Of a stretch of DNA of 64,000 nt, positions 17,398 to 29,600 are shown piece by piece. Every line of letters begins with the position of its first letter. The stretch's first letter is position 1. Where the stretch lies: positions 9,148 through 73,147 of IMG/VR virus record IMGVR_UViG_3300036660_000031. One strand, written 5' to 3'. A model generated the notes under the pieces. That model was not told the DNA's origin. It was given only the letters and a program-made list of their open reading frames with translations, and searched no databases. The stretch is from a virus. Its lineage: Duplodnaviria; Caudoviricetes. The position numbers were made by a program, and so were the translations under genes.

Positions 17398-17433
17398 GAA
17401 CCAAGTGAAGAATCCCATTTCTTTATTTGGTTC
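17398..17433 (+). promoter_or_regulatory. 15-bp RNA hairpin related in sequence to the one at 5798-5838
   Basis: GAACCAAGTGAAGAA-TCCCAT-TTCTTTATTTGGTTC pairs fully with G-U wobbles. Confidence 0.55.
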
Positions 17434-17452
17434 ATAACCCTTGAAGGAAACT

Positions 17453-18211
17453 ATGTCAGAAACAATTGAAGAACCCATTGCACCTAATGATCAACTAATA
17501 GCCATCGTTGGATACTCTGCTACTGGTAAGAGTGCAAGCTTGCGTAATATAAGAAGCAAATCCAGATGGCTGTATCTGAACTGTGAATCAGGCAAACGCC
17601 TGCCGTTCAAGAATAACTTCAACAGCATCACCATCACCGATCCCCAAGAGGTGCTGGACTACATGCAAGAAGCTATTGACAACCCTGAAGAAGTTGATGG
17701 CATCATTATTGACTCTATTACTTTCCTGATGGAAATGTACGAGTCTATGTGTGTACTGACTTCTGCCAATACTATGGCTGCATGGGGTGCTTACCAGCAA
17801 TACTTCAAGACACTGTTGCAGCAAATGGTTCCAAAGTTTGGTAAGCCAGTGATTTTCATTGCACACGTTAAAGACGAAGTGGATGAAAAGAATTTGGAAA
17901 CCAAGACTTTTATTCCGGTTAAAGGTGCTCTCAAGGGGGTAGGTATTGAAGCTTATTTCTCCTGCATCGTAGCTGCAAAACGCTTGTCTATTAAAGATTT
18001 AAAGGACTATCACAACACCTTACTACCCATCACTGAAGACGATGAAGTGCAAGGCTACAAACACGTATTTCAAACCCGGTTAACCAAAAAAACAATCGGT
18101 GAGCGTATTCGTGGACCAATGGGCATGTTCACTCGTGAACAGACATTCATCGACAATGACGCCCAACTTCTGTTGGATCATTTGCATAAATTCTACTCTG
18201 CTGAAGAGTAA
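17453..18211 (+). CDS. AAA/Sak4-like ATPase, N4 gp44-like
   Basis: Walker A GYSATGKS, IIIDSITF, IAHVKDE; SD AAGGA before ATG 17453. Confidence 0.85.
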   Translation: MSETIEEPIAPNDQLIAIVGYSATGKSASLRNIRSKSRWLYLNCESGKRLPFKNNFNSITITDPQEVLDYMQEAIDNPEEVDGIIIDSITFLMEMYESMCVLTSANTMAAWGAYQQYFKTLLQQMVPKFGKPVIFIAHVKDEVDEKNLETKTFIPVKGALKGVGIEAYFSCIVAAKRLSIKDLKDYHNTLLPITEDDEVQGYKHVFQTRLTKKTIGERIRGPMGMFTREQTFIDNDAQLLLDHLHKFYSAEE

Positions 18212-18247
18212 ACTCACCCTCCCTGAAATTAGAAAGTAAATAAAATT

Positions 18248-18991
18248 ATGTCATTTTTCAAAAATCTCTCAACCGATGGCCTCGAAAAACAAGAAGACCG
18301 TCTTGGTGGTGGTGGCCTGTGGGACACCAATATGTATGATGGCCGTGTCAAAATGGCCTACGCTGCCAGCTATGACAGCGGTGCTCAGTACATTCAACTG
18401 ATCCTTGCCAAAGATGGTAAAGAGTATCGTGAACGAATTCTGATCACAAACGGCAAGGGTGAAAACTTCTATACCAAGGATGGTAAGAAGCTGCCACTCA
18501 TGGGCTTCAGCATGATTGATTCACTCTGCGTGTTGACTACTGATCAGCCATTGTCTGCACAGGATGTAGAAGAAAAGATTGTCAACGTCTATGACTACGA
18601 GTTGAAGAAGGAAGTACCTACTGCTGTACCAGTTCTGACAGGTTTGTTGGATCAAGAAGTGACCTTTGCTATTGAACGTCAGCTTGGCTTTAAGCAAGCC
18701 AAAGGTGGTGATGGCAAGTATCACGATACGGCTGAAGAGCAAGAAACCAATGAACTGCAAAAGTTCTATCACACTGAAACCAAGCTGACGGTGACTGAAG
18801 CAGAGCAAGGTTTAGAAGAAGGCGTGTTCTATCACAAGTGGCTTGCTGCCAATGTAGATGAAAATGGTATTGGCAAAGTGCGTGACAAGCGTAAAGGAAC
18901 CAAGAACGTAGCTGGTGCTGCTGGCAAGCCTCCTGTGGCTGGTGGTGCTATCGCTGGTGTCAAGAAATCTATCTTCGGCAAGAAAGCCTAA
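18248..18991 (+). CDS. ssb: single-stranded DNA-binding protein, N4 gp45-like
   Basis: DRLGGGG, GAQY, KFYH.ET..TV.E, basic C-terminal tail ..KKSIFGKKA; synteny. Confidence 0.8.
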   Translation: MSFFKNLSTDGLEKQEDRLGGGGLWDTNMYDGRVKMAYAASYDSGAQYIQLILAKDGKEYRERILITNGKGENFYTKDGKKLPLMGFSMIDSLCVLTTDQPLSAQDVEEKIVNVYDYELKKEVPTAVPVLTGLLDQEVTFAIERQLGFKQAKGGDGKYHDTAEEQETNELQKFYHTETKLTVTEAEQGLEEGVFYHKWLAANVDENGIGKVRDKRKGTKNVAGAAGKPPVAGGAIAGVKKSIFGKKA

Positions 18992-19548
18992 TGAAAATCC
19001 CTGTCTGTGGAATGGACCCCAGTTTACGTAACTGGGGCATAGCTGAAGCTATGCTCGACCTAGAGACAGGGTACTTGGATACCCCACTGCTGACACTGAT
19101 ACAAACAGTTGATCCAGTGGGGAAACAAGTTCGACAAAACTCCAAAGACCTTTCTTTGGCAGAACAAATCTGTGCAATAGCTTTACCCATAGCACGTAGT
19201 GCTAAAGTACTATTCGTTGAGGTGCCTCACGGTTCACAGTCTGCCAGAGCAATGGTTAGTTATGGAGTTTGCTGTGGCGTACTTGGTTGCTTCAGAGCAA
19301 TGGGCATTCCCATAATTCAAGTAGCGCCTGCTGATGTGAAAAGCTCATTCACTGGAAACAAGCAGGCCACAAAAGAAGAGATGATTGCTCAAGCAGTACT
19401 TGAGTATCCTCTTGCTAACTTCCCTCGACAAAGGGGAAAACTGGTAGCTAAAGCAGAGCACGTTGCTGATGCAATAGCTGCCATTCATGCTGGTGTACTA
19501 ACACCAGAATTTTCAAACATCATGCGTATTTACAAACAAATAGGTTAA
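18991..19548 (+). CDS. RuvC-like Holliday junction resolvase, N4 gp46-like
   Basis: GMDPSLRNWG, FVEVPHGSQS, EHVADAIAAI. Confidence 0.85.
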   Translation: MKIPVCGMDPSLRNWGIAEAMLDLETGYLDTPLLTLIQTVDPVGKQVRQNSKDLSLAEQICAIALPIARSAKVLFVEVPHGSQSARAMVSYGVCCGVLGCFRAMGIPIIQVAPADVKSSFTGNKQATKEEMIAQAVLEYPLANFPRQRGKLVAKAEHVADAIAAIHAGVLTPEFSNIMRIYKQIG

Positions 19549-19550
19549 TC

Positions 19551-20030
19551 ATGCAACTCATCCTCCCTCAATCCGATCTTGAACAAGCCATCAAGAACTA
19601 CGTCAACGATCTGGTCAACATCAAAGAAGGTACGACCATTGAAATTGATTTGAAAGCTGGCCGTGGTCTTGACGGTTTTACAGCCACAGTTGACATCAAT
19701 AAAATTGGTGGCCCATCTGCTCCGAAGACTGTTGTGCCTGCCGCTTTACCAATGGTACAACCTGTACGTGAGCCAAGCAAAGGCATTCTGCGTGGTGTTG
19801 CAGTACCTGTTCCTGAGACAGTTGCTGAACCAGAAGCACAGCCAGAAGCAGTACAGCAAGCAGAAGCTGATCCAGTTCCTGAAGTAGTGGAACTGCCTAC
19901 TCCTGAAGCTGAGGCTACTAAAAGTGAGCAGCCCAAAGCTGCTACGCCTAAAGCGACGGAAGAGCCTGCTGCCGTTGCTGCCACCCCTACTCGTCGTCCC
20001 ATTTTCGGGAATTTGAAAAAGCCAGAGTAA
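19551..20030 (+). CDS. hypothetical protein with Pro/Ala/Glu-rich disordered C-half
   Basis: MQLILPQSDLEQAIKNYV.. N-terminus typical of this N4-like locus; low-complexity tail. Confidence 0.7.
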   Translation: MQLILPQSDLEQAIKNYVNDLVNIKEGTTIEIDLKAGRGLDGFTATVDINKIGGPSAPKTVVPAALPMVQPVREPSKGILRGVAVPVPETVAEPEAQPEAVQQAEADPVPEVVELPTPEAEATKSEQPKAATPKATEEPAAVAATPTRRPIFGNLKKPE

Positions 20031-20034
20031 GAAC

Positions 20035-20169
20035 ATGACGGTCATCCTATACATCGTATTAGGTGTGGCCGCTGTTCTTGCTATGAGTTCGGCAATAATC
20101 GCAGCGGCTCCATACGTTGCAATGTTTCTTGTCATTGGTATAGTGATGTACTTCATTACCAAAGACTAA
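20035..20169 (+). CDS. small membrane protein (44 aa)
   Basis: Own translation MTVILYIVLGVAAVLAMSSAIIAAAPYVAMFLVIGIVMYFITKD. Confidence 0.6.
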   Translation: MTVILYIVLGVAAVLAMSSAIIAAAPYVAMFLVIGIVMYFITKD

Positions 20170-20431
20170 TAAGAAATGACACCCCGGAAAGTACGGGGGC
20201 TATCATTGAAAGATTTTGAGACTTAATCTGTTAGTAAATACTAGTTAAGGCTAGCAGAAAAAGTGGGCATTCAGTAAGCACTGAAGTAGTAATTCAGAAG
20301 GCTACACGCACTTGGAAAGAGCGACAACTATTTAAGTTGGCAGGCTATTCATACCGTTTACCTAAGAATCTTTCAATGATGGTGATAGCAATCTCAAAGG
20401 TATTGAGGATAAAAAGATTTAGAGTGATTAC

Positions 20432-20506
20432 GGTGGGTGTCGCCAAATGGATTAAGGCAAGGGCGAATGTGCCCTATCGTTGGTTCGATTCCAATCACCC
20501 ACCCCA
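20432..20506 (+). tRNA. tRNA-His-like RNA with aberrant anticodon arm (pseudo-tRNA or tRNA mimic)
   Basis: G-1 + GTGGGTG/CACCCAC acceptor stem, discriminator C, encoded CCA; D arm GCC-AAATGGATTAA-GGC; T arm GTTGG-TTCGATT-CCAAT; anticodon arm AGGGC-GAATGT-GCCCT has a 6-nt loop. Confidence 0.75.
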
Positions 20507-20590
20507 AACATATAGCAGCCTGAGATTTACAGATACTGCTTATGTGGGTAGTTTGCTAGTTCTACGACTTGAAAAAACTAGCACCCATTT

Positions 20591-20620
20591 TGTGAGAGAC
20601 AAACCATCTTGTCTCTCACA
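20591..20620. terminator. perfect 12-bp inverted repeat between convergent transcription units
   Basis: TGTGAGAGACAA-ACCATC-TTGTCTCTCACA, 8 nt from the vRNAP stop. Confidence 0.65.
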
Positions 20621-20628
20621 TTTCCCCA

Positions 20629-23600
20629 TTAATGAGTCATTGCCCACCAAGGGTTCAATGCTGGAGCACGTAGTCCCATTCCTGGCCCCATTGAATATCC
20701 TAAAGTTCCACTCACAGCTTTGGTTAAGAAGTTGTCTTCGATAGGAGAACCAATAGGTCCAAACATGGCAGGCACAGGCATCAAGCCTGATACAAAAGCA
20801 TGTACAGGATTGTTTCTCAACATCGAAGCAGCTACCTTAGTAGAACGCAGCTTGAAGTTGTAGAACCAAAGCAAACCAATCTGCTCCAGATAACCACGGA
20901 ATCTACCGGGCAACCTGTCATAGTTAATAAACTCTTCGGTGATCATCGCCATAGCTTCAGCAGGAGGTTTACCTTTACGCAGAACTAACTCGTCATACAT
21001 GATCGCTTTAGCCAAGAAGTCTCCATACTGGACGGCCTTCTGCAAGCCTTGAAACAACGCCGTGTCTTTAGTAATGTAGGCATAACGTCCGGCATTACGA
21101 ATAGATTCAGGAAGCTTGCTCACTTGCTTCTCGATGTACTCTTGCCAACGTCCTTGGCTCAAATCAACGTCATCGTGCATCACACCCACATCTGAAATCG
21201 CAGTAAATTCACCAGCTTCAATTAAAGGCCAGATCGTCAACCGACGTTGTGCATCCTTGAGTGATTGAATCTCAGCCTCAAGCTTCAGTACAGCATTGGT
21301 TCCTACAGCAGCACGTAACTCAGCTTCAGCATCAACCTGACGCAAGCGGTTCTTAACGTATGAGTTAATCTCAATTGTCTTGCTGTTGGACTTCTTCAGA
21401 ATGTCCAACAATGGGACACCACGAGACTTTAACTGAACCATGTTAGATACAAGGTTCATTACAGGAACAATCACAGACTTCACAACAATAGTTGTACGAG
21501 CATCGCTCATGAAGTTTGAAAGAATCTTCTCACCGTTAGTCAGGTGGCTGAAAGCTTTGTTGCCCATCACACCTAAAGCAACACGTTTAAAGATTTCCTG
21601 TGTTTCATCAGAGAACCGGGTATTACCTGTCCAAGCATCACCGACTGAAGCAGCACGATAACCAAAAGCATCAAACAGCATGTCACGACGAACCATAAAT
21701 TCGTCATCAGAACCAACTGCATTAGCCATGTAGTCTTTAACTGAAGCAGGCATGATCTTCAGTGCGTCTTTCAGCACAGGGTCTTTGGCATCATAGATAT
21801 TGACATACTCAGAAGCACGGCCTGCTTGTAAGTCTTTCTTGTACATAGCAACCATGTTGTCTACCAACTTGTCATTGACAGAACTAGCCATAGCTTCTTC
21901 AACCTGACGACCACGCCACACACCAAGCATTTGGTGTAGCTTGTCATTCTTCTGCAAGCGTTCCAACTGCGTTGGATCAATAGAGCGTTCATAAGCAATC
22001 ACGTCACCAGTAGGGCCGAACACAGGCATCAGTTGTTCATTAGTTCTTTTCTCAGCACCAAGAGCAATACGCTTAGTAATCTCAGCAACCACAGCAGGTT
22101 CATTGATCATGCCAGCAGTCAGACCTTGTGTATAACCGTGCATGGCAGTTACGCCACCAGCAGTAATGTTCACGTTCTGCACAATGCCTTGGCTAAATGG
22201 AGCACGAGTAGGAGTGTTGCTAAAGTAGTAACTCTTCTTGAGTGGATACTTCTCACCACCAGCACCATCGTAGGAACCAACCATGACATAGCTCATAGCA
22301 GTCAGGCGTGCATGTTGTGTATCGTCAGCAACTATCAGAGACATACCAGAAGATTGAACCGATGGAATGTAGCCTTTGTAGTGATTGAAAAGTGAACCAG
22401 AATTAGCAAGTGCCTTGTCTGTCTCGTCCTTACGTTGTTGCTTCAGGTAAGAGAACGTGAAGTCCAGACCGGCATCATCAGACAGTTCGTTGAAGGTATT
22501 ACGCTCGGCTTGTTCCATATCCCGAACAGCGTACAGCGATACCAGTTGGTCAATGTCACTAGTCAAAACTGGAGTGATCGTGATCTTGGCAACACGCTCA
22601 TTGAACATACGGGAGATAGCTTCTGCATTACGCAGCAAGTTAGAACCCGGATTACCAGTCTTCATGTAGTCAGCCAGTTGCTTGGACTTAGCCAAGTAAC
22701 GTGGAGCATGTACACCAGTGAGTACCTTGATTGCATCTTCCTTGGCTTTAATGGCTTGGGCCATCTTAGCTTTATTGCGAATCAGTTCTTTGATTTCAAC
22801 GAAAGGAATATTGAGAGAAACCAAATCAGTCTTACCCATGACTTTATTGAGATCAGTCCACTGCTCATTAGTCAGAGTAGTTTTAAATTCTTTCTCAATA
22901 CGCAGTGGAACATTCTCACGGAACTCTTGACGAACAGCAGCAACAGTAGAACGCACCTTTTTGATCATGTCGTAAATGTCAGCATTGGAACCAACACGAC
23001 CAATCAGATCATTGGCAAAGTCACGCAATGGCTGTAGACCTTCACGACTGCTCATTGCAGACAGAGCACCTTCAGCACTTGCTTCAGCAGTAGTGTTAGT
23101 CAAAGTACCAGAGACAGCTTTGACAACTTCACCAGCAACAACTACATATTTGTTGTTTGAGGTCTTTAGCTTGTTGCCTAAATTAGCACCAGCCAGAGCC
23201 AAATCACCAAGGCGATCAACTACTTTACCGTTGGCAGTATCAACCCAACCACCCATCTTGTCACCCATCATCGTGAGTACGGTAGCTTTCTTATCAACAG
23301 TATCAAGAATGTTTTCCTGTAAACCATCAATAGCTTCCCGAACAGAGTCAGTATCTTTGGTTCCAGACAGGCGATTAGACAATGCTTCCATAGCGTTATT
23401 GCCGTAGTTACGCAGGTAATCATCCAGTGTAGTGCCAGTGTTTTTAGCAACTTCAGGCATAGTCATAGTAGACAGAATAGTCCTAAAGCTATCATCAACA
23501 GTAGCTAAAGCAAAGAACACTGGCATTAAAGAACTACGTCCAGCAGAATCTTTAACCAGCAAAGTTTTACCCATGATCAAGTCATACTTCTCCTGTGCAT

Positions 23601-26600
23601 AGAACCTATCAGCAGGATCATTGAGTTGTGGGTTAACCATGAAGTTCTCTACTTCAAGCTGCTTAGTAACGTGGTTGTATAACTCTTGTGCTTTAGCAAT
23701 TGAAGCAGGATTCAAAGCAGCTTCTGTACTCAATGCACCCACTACAACTTGGAAAGTACTTTTCTGTTGTTGGCTCATAGGGAAACTTGCAGACACAGTA
23801 TTAGTCAAAACAGTTGCATGATTAACAGCAGTGTTCTTCTTCACCTGATTAACCAAACCATTAAACAAAGGCTCCATCATTTCCAGATAAGCAGTCTCAA
23901 TCTGATTAAGACGAGCATCATTGCCATAGGCAGTTGAGTGACGCAAGATCAAAGCCTTACCTGCATTTACAGGGTTAGGCTGACGACGAGTACTAATCAA
24001 AGCAGTGTTAAACCGTACTTGATTAAAGAAGTCTCGTGGCAGTTTGTCAGGGCTAGAACCAAAGAAGATATTACGGATGGTGTTAACCACAGCACGGGTG
24101 AACTTCACCAATGCAGAAGGGTTAGCCTTGGTAGCTTTACCAACTTCAATCAGAGCTTCGTTAGTAGTGGCCCATGCCATCAGTTCATTCAGTTCAGCAG
24201 CATCACCAAACTCAGACTTAGCAGCTTTCATTGAATTGATTGCCTGAGTGACAGCAAGGTTCTGTTCTGGAGTACGCTCCAGAGCACCGTTATGCTGCAT
24301 CGTATAGAACTGGTCACGTAGAGCTTTCAAACGCTCCACAGCAGCCACAGTGACTTTATCTTTGTTGGTTCCTGCGATAGCAGACTGTACTTTTTCAAAG
24401 GTAGCAGCATGAACCAACTCATGTACCAGTACTTCAGGACTGCCTGAAGTTAGGAAGATAAGCTTGCTTTCTGGCAAAGTCAAACCATCAGCAGAACCAA
24501 GTAAACCACCAGTCTCTGTTTGAATGTCTTCACGAGTACCAACGATCACACGATAGTCACGCATAGCAGGGCTACGCAATGCTTGCTTGGCAGTCTCTTG
24601 CAAGTCAGCAGGCATCTTCCGAACCAAGGTCAATACACCCTCAAAAGTCATCATGATCCTTGGGATCATTTTCTTTTCGAGTGGCTTGAGTTCTTCACTG
24701 TTTGAATCACGGGCAAAGCTGATCTTGCTGATCCTACGGAACTCTTCTTTGTATATTTCATTCAGACGAGCGATCTGCTCATCTTCTGGCATCATGGACA
24801 GGTCTTCACCTTCATTCTGGTAAGGAGCTTCAGCAGAGGCCATCTGATCAACAGAGTGACGTACACGCTTCAAGGTGGCATGACGAGCATCAATCTCATT
24901 AGCCATGTTCTCAATGACACCACTCACATAGTCCAGTCCGTCAGAGAAACTAATATCACTTAGACCCAAAGAAGTAAAGGTACGCTGCATGGCTTCGACT
25001 TCACGCTCATTGCCCATAGTGTCAGCCATAACTTGCTTCATGTTAGGCAACGAAGCTCTAAAGCTATCAGCAACAGCCCTCATAGGATTACCCTGCCATG
25101 TCTGAGACACGGCAGTATTAGCTTGCAGTGATCCTTCTTTAATCTTGTCAACGGGCATGTTCACACCGTCAAAGATTTTCAAGGTGCCAGCAATAGCATT
25201 AGGCATAGTGCTCATAAGCTGCATCATCAGACCGTCACCCATACCAATGTTCAGGAATGGGGAACCAGCAACACCAGCATGGTCAGGTGCAAACACTGAA
25301 GCATCCATTGCATAGTCACCAGCCAGAGCTTGAGAGAATGCACTGACATTCACCATAGTCTGAGATGTACTAGCTATCAAGAACTCTTGAGCCTTAGTTT
25401 TCACAGTAGGGAACTGTTTGATTAAGTCAGCCATGATTGCTTGCTGTTCATTACGGCTCAGGAACTGAGTCTTAGGACGAGCATGTTTCTGCACAGCTTG
25501 ATAAACAGCAGCTTCAAACCTAGCAGTCATAGCAATGGATTGCAGGTTAGTAGCAACCTGAATCATCTGTGATGAATCCATCACTTCAGTACCGACAGTT
25601 TCTTCGATACCTTTACGCAATGGCTCAACGAACATCTTCAGCATGTTCTCTTGTAGCGACTTCAAATGTAGACCACCTACCTTAAAAGTAGCTGGAGTAC
25701 CCCAATTCATTGGTGGAACTTTTGTATATACAGTGTTTCCATCAGGGCCAGTTGAGCTTGTACTGGTAGGAATAATGACGTACTTTTCCTTCTTCTTGGA
25801 GAATTTCACAAAGGTATCTGTGAGCATGGACATTGAATCAAGAAAGTCTGAGTACATAGATTCAGCAGACTTATTAGCTGAAGCCATTGAACCAAACATA
25901 GCATCATGGAATTTCATGCCGGGGTTGGCAGCTTGTTTCTGCATAGCCTCAGACATTTTGGCGTAGATACTATCGAGCAGTTCAGCCGTAACTTTGTTAG
26001 CAATACCACGAGCGCCAGAACCATAAACAGTGATGGTCAATGGATTCTTAGCCACACCACGTTGTAGTTCGATTTCACCAGTCTTCTCATTGATCGACAC
26101 GTCCTTAACAAAGACGTTCATCAAACGCATGAGAGGACTGATCAAACGATTTGCATTGTCAGATTCCAAACGTTGTTGCATCTCAATTCTGCGTTCAGCA
26201 AACTTGAGAGTAGAAGCCATATACAGATCAACACCATCAGTCTTACGGTGTTCATTCATTGTTTGATCGGGTGTCAAGAACAGACCACCCTTGGCAACAT
26301 TACGCAACCAGTTAGGAGTAAACCTACCAGAAGCCAAGTTAACCATTGCATTGATTGGGCCGTTGGTCACACCGTCTGCTTCAACATAAACAGCAGTGTC
26401 GTACTCAGAAGGCATACCACCGTCTTCAATCATGTTCTGAAGGCGAGCATAGTCAACGATTGCATGTAGTCCCATGAACGTACTACCAGCAGCAGGCATC
26501 GCAGCTTTGATAACAGAAACAGCATCACTATCTACTGAACCAGTAGCATCATACTTTTGCATCAAAAGCAGAGCATCTTTCAGATTACCAGCAAACAAAG

Positions 26601-29600
26601 TTTTTACTTTGGCAATGGAATCTTCCAAAGGAATAGTGTGTACTTTCACACCAAGCATCTGTGCGACAGACAACATATAGTTGTTGTAATCTTCTTGGTT
26701 CGTCATATCAATCTTGGATTGATTAGGCATGAGTGCTTCACGAACCAACTTAGAAGCTTGGGGATTCTGACGACCAAGCATCTGCATACGACCAACCCGG
26801 CTTATGCCGTAAGCAAAGCGTACAGGTACTTGAGTACGGTTCTTTCCAATAGTATCAGCTACGTTATCTATCTCTTTAGTACGAGCCAACAGGGAATCAA
26901 ATGCAGCAGTGATTGACAGGTTCTTACCTTCAACAGACTCAAGGTGAGTCTTATTAAACAAGGCACGCTTCTTTTCATCAATCTTGCCAGCACCAAAGAT
27001 TTCAATCAAACCATCAGGTTTAAGTTGCTCATACAGTTTGAGCATTAGTTCATTCAAAAAGAATGGAGTCTTCTGTTCAGCTTCTATAGCTTTGGTTTGT
27101 TCAGCAGTCAGTGCCACATCAGCATTGTTCATCTGTGACTTAGCAACTGGAGGAATAGCATCCCCAAAATACATAGACTCTGGTACTTCAGAGTTAGCAA
27201 TCTCAGATAGTAATGTGGGGTAACCCTCATAAGCATCATTGCCAAGCACAGCATGGTCAAGCTTGAAAGTGTGCAAGTCTTTATTAGTACCAACGTTCAA
27301 CAGCTTATGGTCAACCAGTTTGGCTTCCATCATAGACATAAGAACTTCAGTAGCAACAGCTTGTGGAATACCTATCGTAGCTGATTGGGTGTAATCATTG
27401 TTGCCCTTCAAACCCCAGAACTCTGTGATGTTTGCAGCGATACGTGGAACCACATCAACCAACAGCAGCAGATCACCACCATTGAACTCAGCCAACATCT
27501 CAGGAGATACTTCGTCTTCAGCAATATTGAGAATCTTGGCAATGTCTTTCTCTTCACGAATAGGGCCAGAGTTCGTAGCATTCTGGAACCAATCTATACC
27601 AGCCAGAACAGCAGACTCTACAAGTTCTTGGTTATAGGCATAACCACCTTTGCCATCAGAATCAGCAATACTCAATACTTTGCCACGCAGGAAGTCACTA
27701 ACGTCAGTACCTTTATCAAGCAGTTGACGTAGGGTCAAACCCTTATTCTTAGGCACAACGTCCAACTGTTTATTCAAGTTGGCGTTCATCATTTGAACTA
27801 GCTTACGAGTCATCACAGGTACACGGTTACGATAGTACTCTGTGATTTCAGGAGTCAACTTACGTTTCTCAGTTGTACCCATGAAAGTATTGAATGACTC
27901 ACGAGACTGCATAGCATCTTTAAGTGCTTGTGCAGGGGAACCAGAACCAAAGAAGCGAGAGACAACCTTACGCAAATTGAATGCTTTAGCCAGTGAAGTA
28001 CCTTCGTCTTTTGTAGGTGTCACCAAATTAGGATAAGCATCTGCTACAGTTTTAATAGCAAGAGGTGCTTCTGGCTCAACGCTTGGCGGCGTTTCTACTA
28101 GTGGTTCAACCACTGGTGGAGTATCAACTACAGGGGGTGGAACTACAACAACAGGTGAAGCAGGAGTAATCTTAGCTACCACTGGAGTAGGAGTTACAAC
28201 GGCTTTAGGGGCTTCTTCCTGCACTGCAATATCAGCACCGGCAGTAGTCTCACGCAGATTCATTTCAGCGTCTAACTGTTTGAATCGTAAGCGTTCTGCA
28301 TAGCCCGGTGTAACCATTTCTTTATCTAATTGGTTCTGCAAAGTAGCATCAGAAGCTTTCTTAATAGCTACTGGAATACTTAATTCCTTGGGGGCTTTTT
28401 GTTTTACGCCTGTTCTTGCTTCTTGCGTTCCAACAGATTTTGCAACACTTCCATCCGATTCTTTGGTGGTAGTGACCGTAGTTCCTTCAGGGATTGTTCC
28501 TTCGATTTCGGCTTGGGTAGTTGTAATTTCATTTAGTAATTCCTGCTCAGTAAATTGATTTTCAAGTTGATTAAGTGTTTGATCCAATTGCTTTAATAAG
28601 TCTTCTGTTTCATTGGTCAAATAATTCTGATTGCGTAGCTTTTCTTTGATGTACTCAGTAGCAGCGACTTCATCTGTACCACGTAAACTAAATGGTAAAA
28701 ACTCATCAAGAGCGCCATCAGCAACACGATCAACAAGTGAACTACCCGGTTTACCTCTCAATAAGCTATATCGCTTTTTCCATTCTTTGCCATAAGTATC
28801 TAACAAGTCAGACTCATTCATTGAGTTTTTGATAGCACTCCATAAACTACTTGGATTCTTACGTTTGGTTGAACGAATCTTTTTCTCAACCTTAGCAATT
28901 TTTTGTTCTGTAGTTGGTTCAACAGCGGCAGCTTTAACCTTTTTAGGTGTCTTAGCTACGGGATCAGCTTTAGGGGGTACAGAAACTGAAACAGGGGTTT
29001 CTACTACTGGAGCAGGAGTAGTTTGTTTTACACCATAGCCACGTTTGCCATTAGCAAACTCAGCAGCTACTTCAGGAGCTTTGCCTTGAAGGATTGCATC
29101 CAGTTCAGGAATAGGCAGGCTATCCAATTGCAGGGCAGGATAAGCCTCAGCTAAACCATTGTGTACTTGGGCCAGGAATCTAGCTTCAGCAGTCACAGTA
29201 TTAGCAAAGCGAAGTGAACCAACCTGATTAGGGGTAACACCGATCAGCTTCTTGGAAGGAACCATCTTAAAGCCAGCAGCAGCCGACAGTACATTTGCAG
29301 CTACCCGTGGTGCATCAGGGCCAGCAGCAAAGTGTTCATTAATTGCTTTTACTTTGTTAGCCTGACCTTGGGCAAACATACCAAACAGTTTCAATGCACC
29401 TTGAGCAGCAGCCATGTCACCGTTGTTGATCAGCTTAGTAATATGGTTAGCATGTTGTAAAGCCGAACGCTTACCATCCACATTACGGCCATCATCATCT
29501 TCAGTTTTGACTTGGAATGCCACAATGTCTTTAGGCCGTGGATCACCAGCAGCTTGCAAACGTTTGTCGTAGTCAATAGCAGCACGCATCACAGTCTTAG

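Noticed and set aside
20337-20744. 135-aa plus-strand ORF
   Set aside because: Runs through the tRNA-like element and antisense into vRNAP, with no SD or motif.
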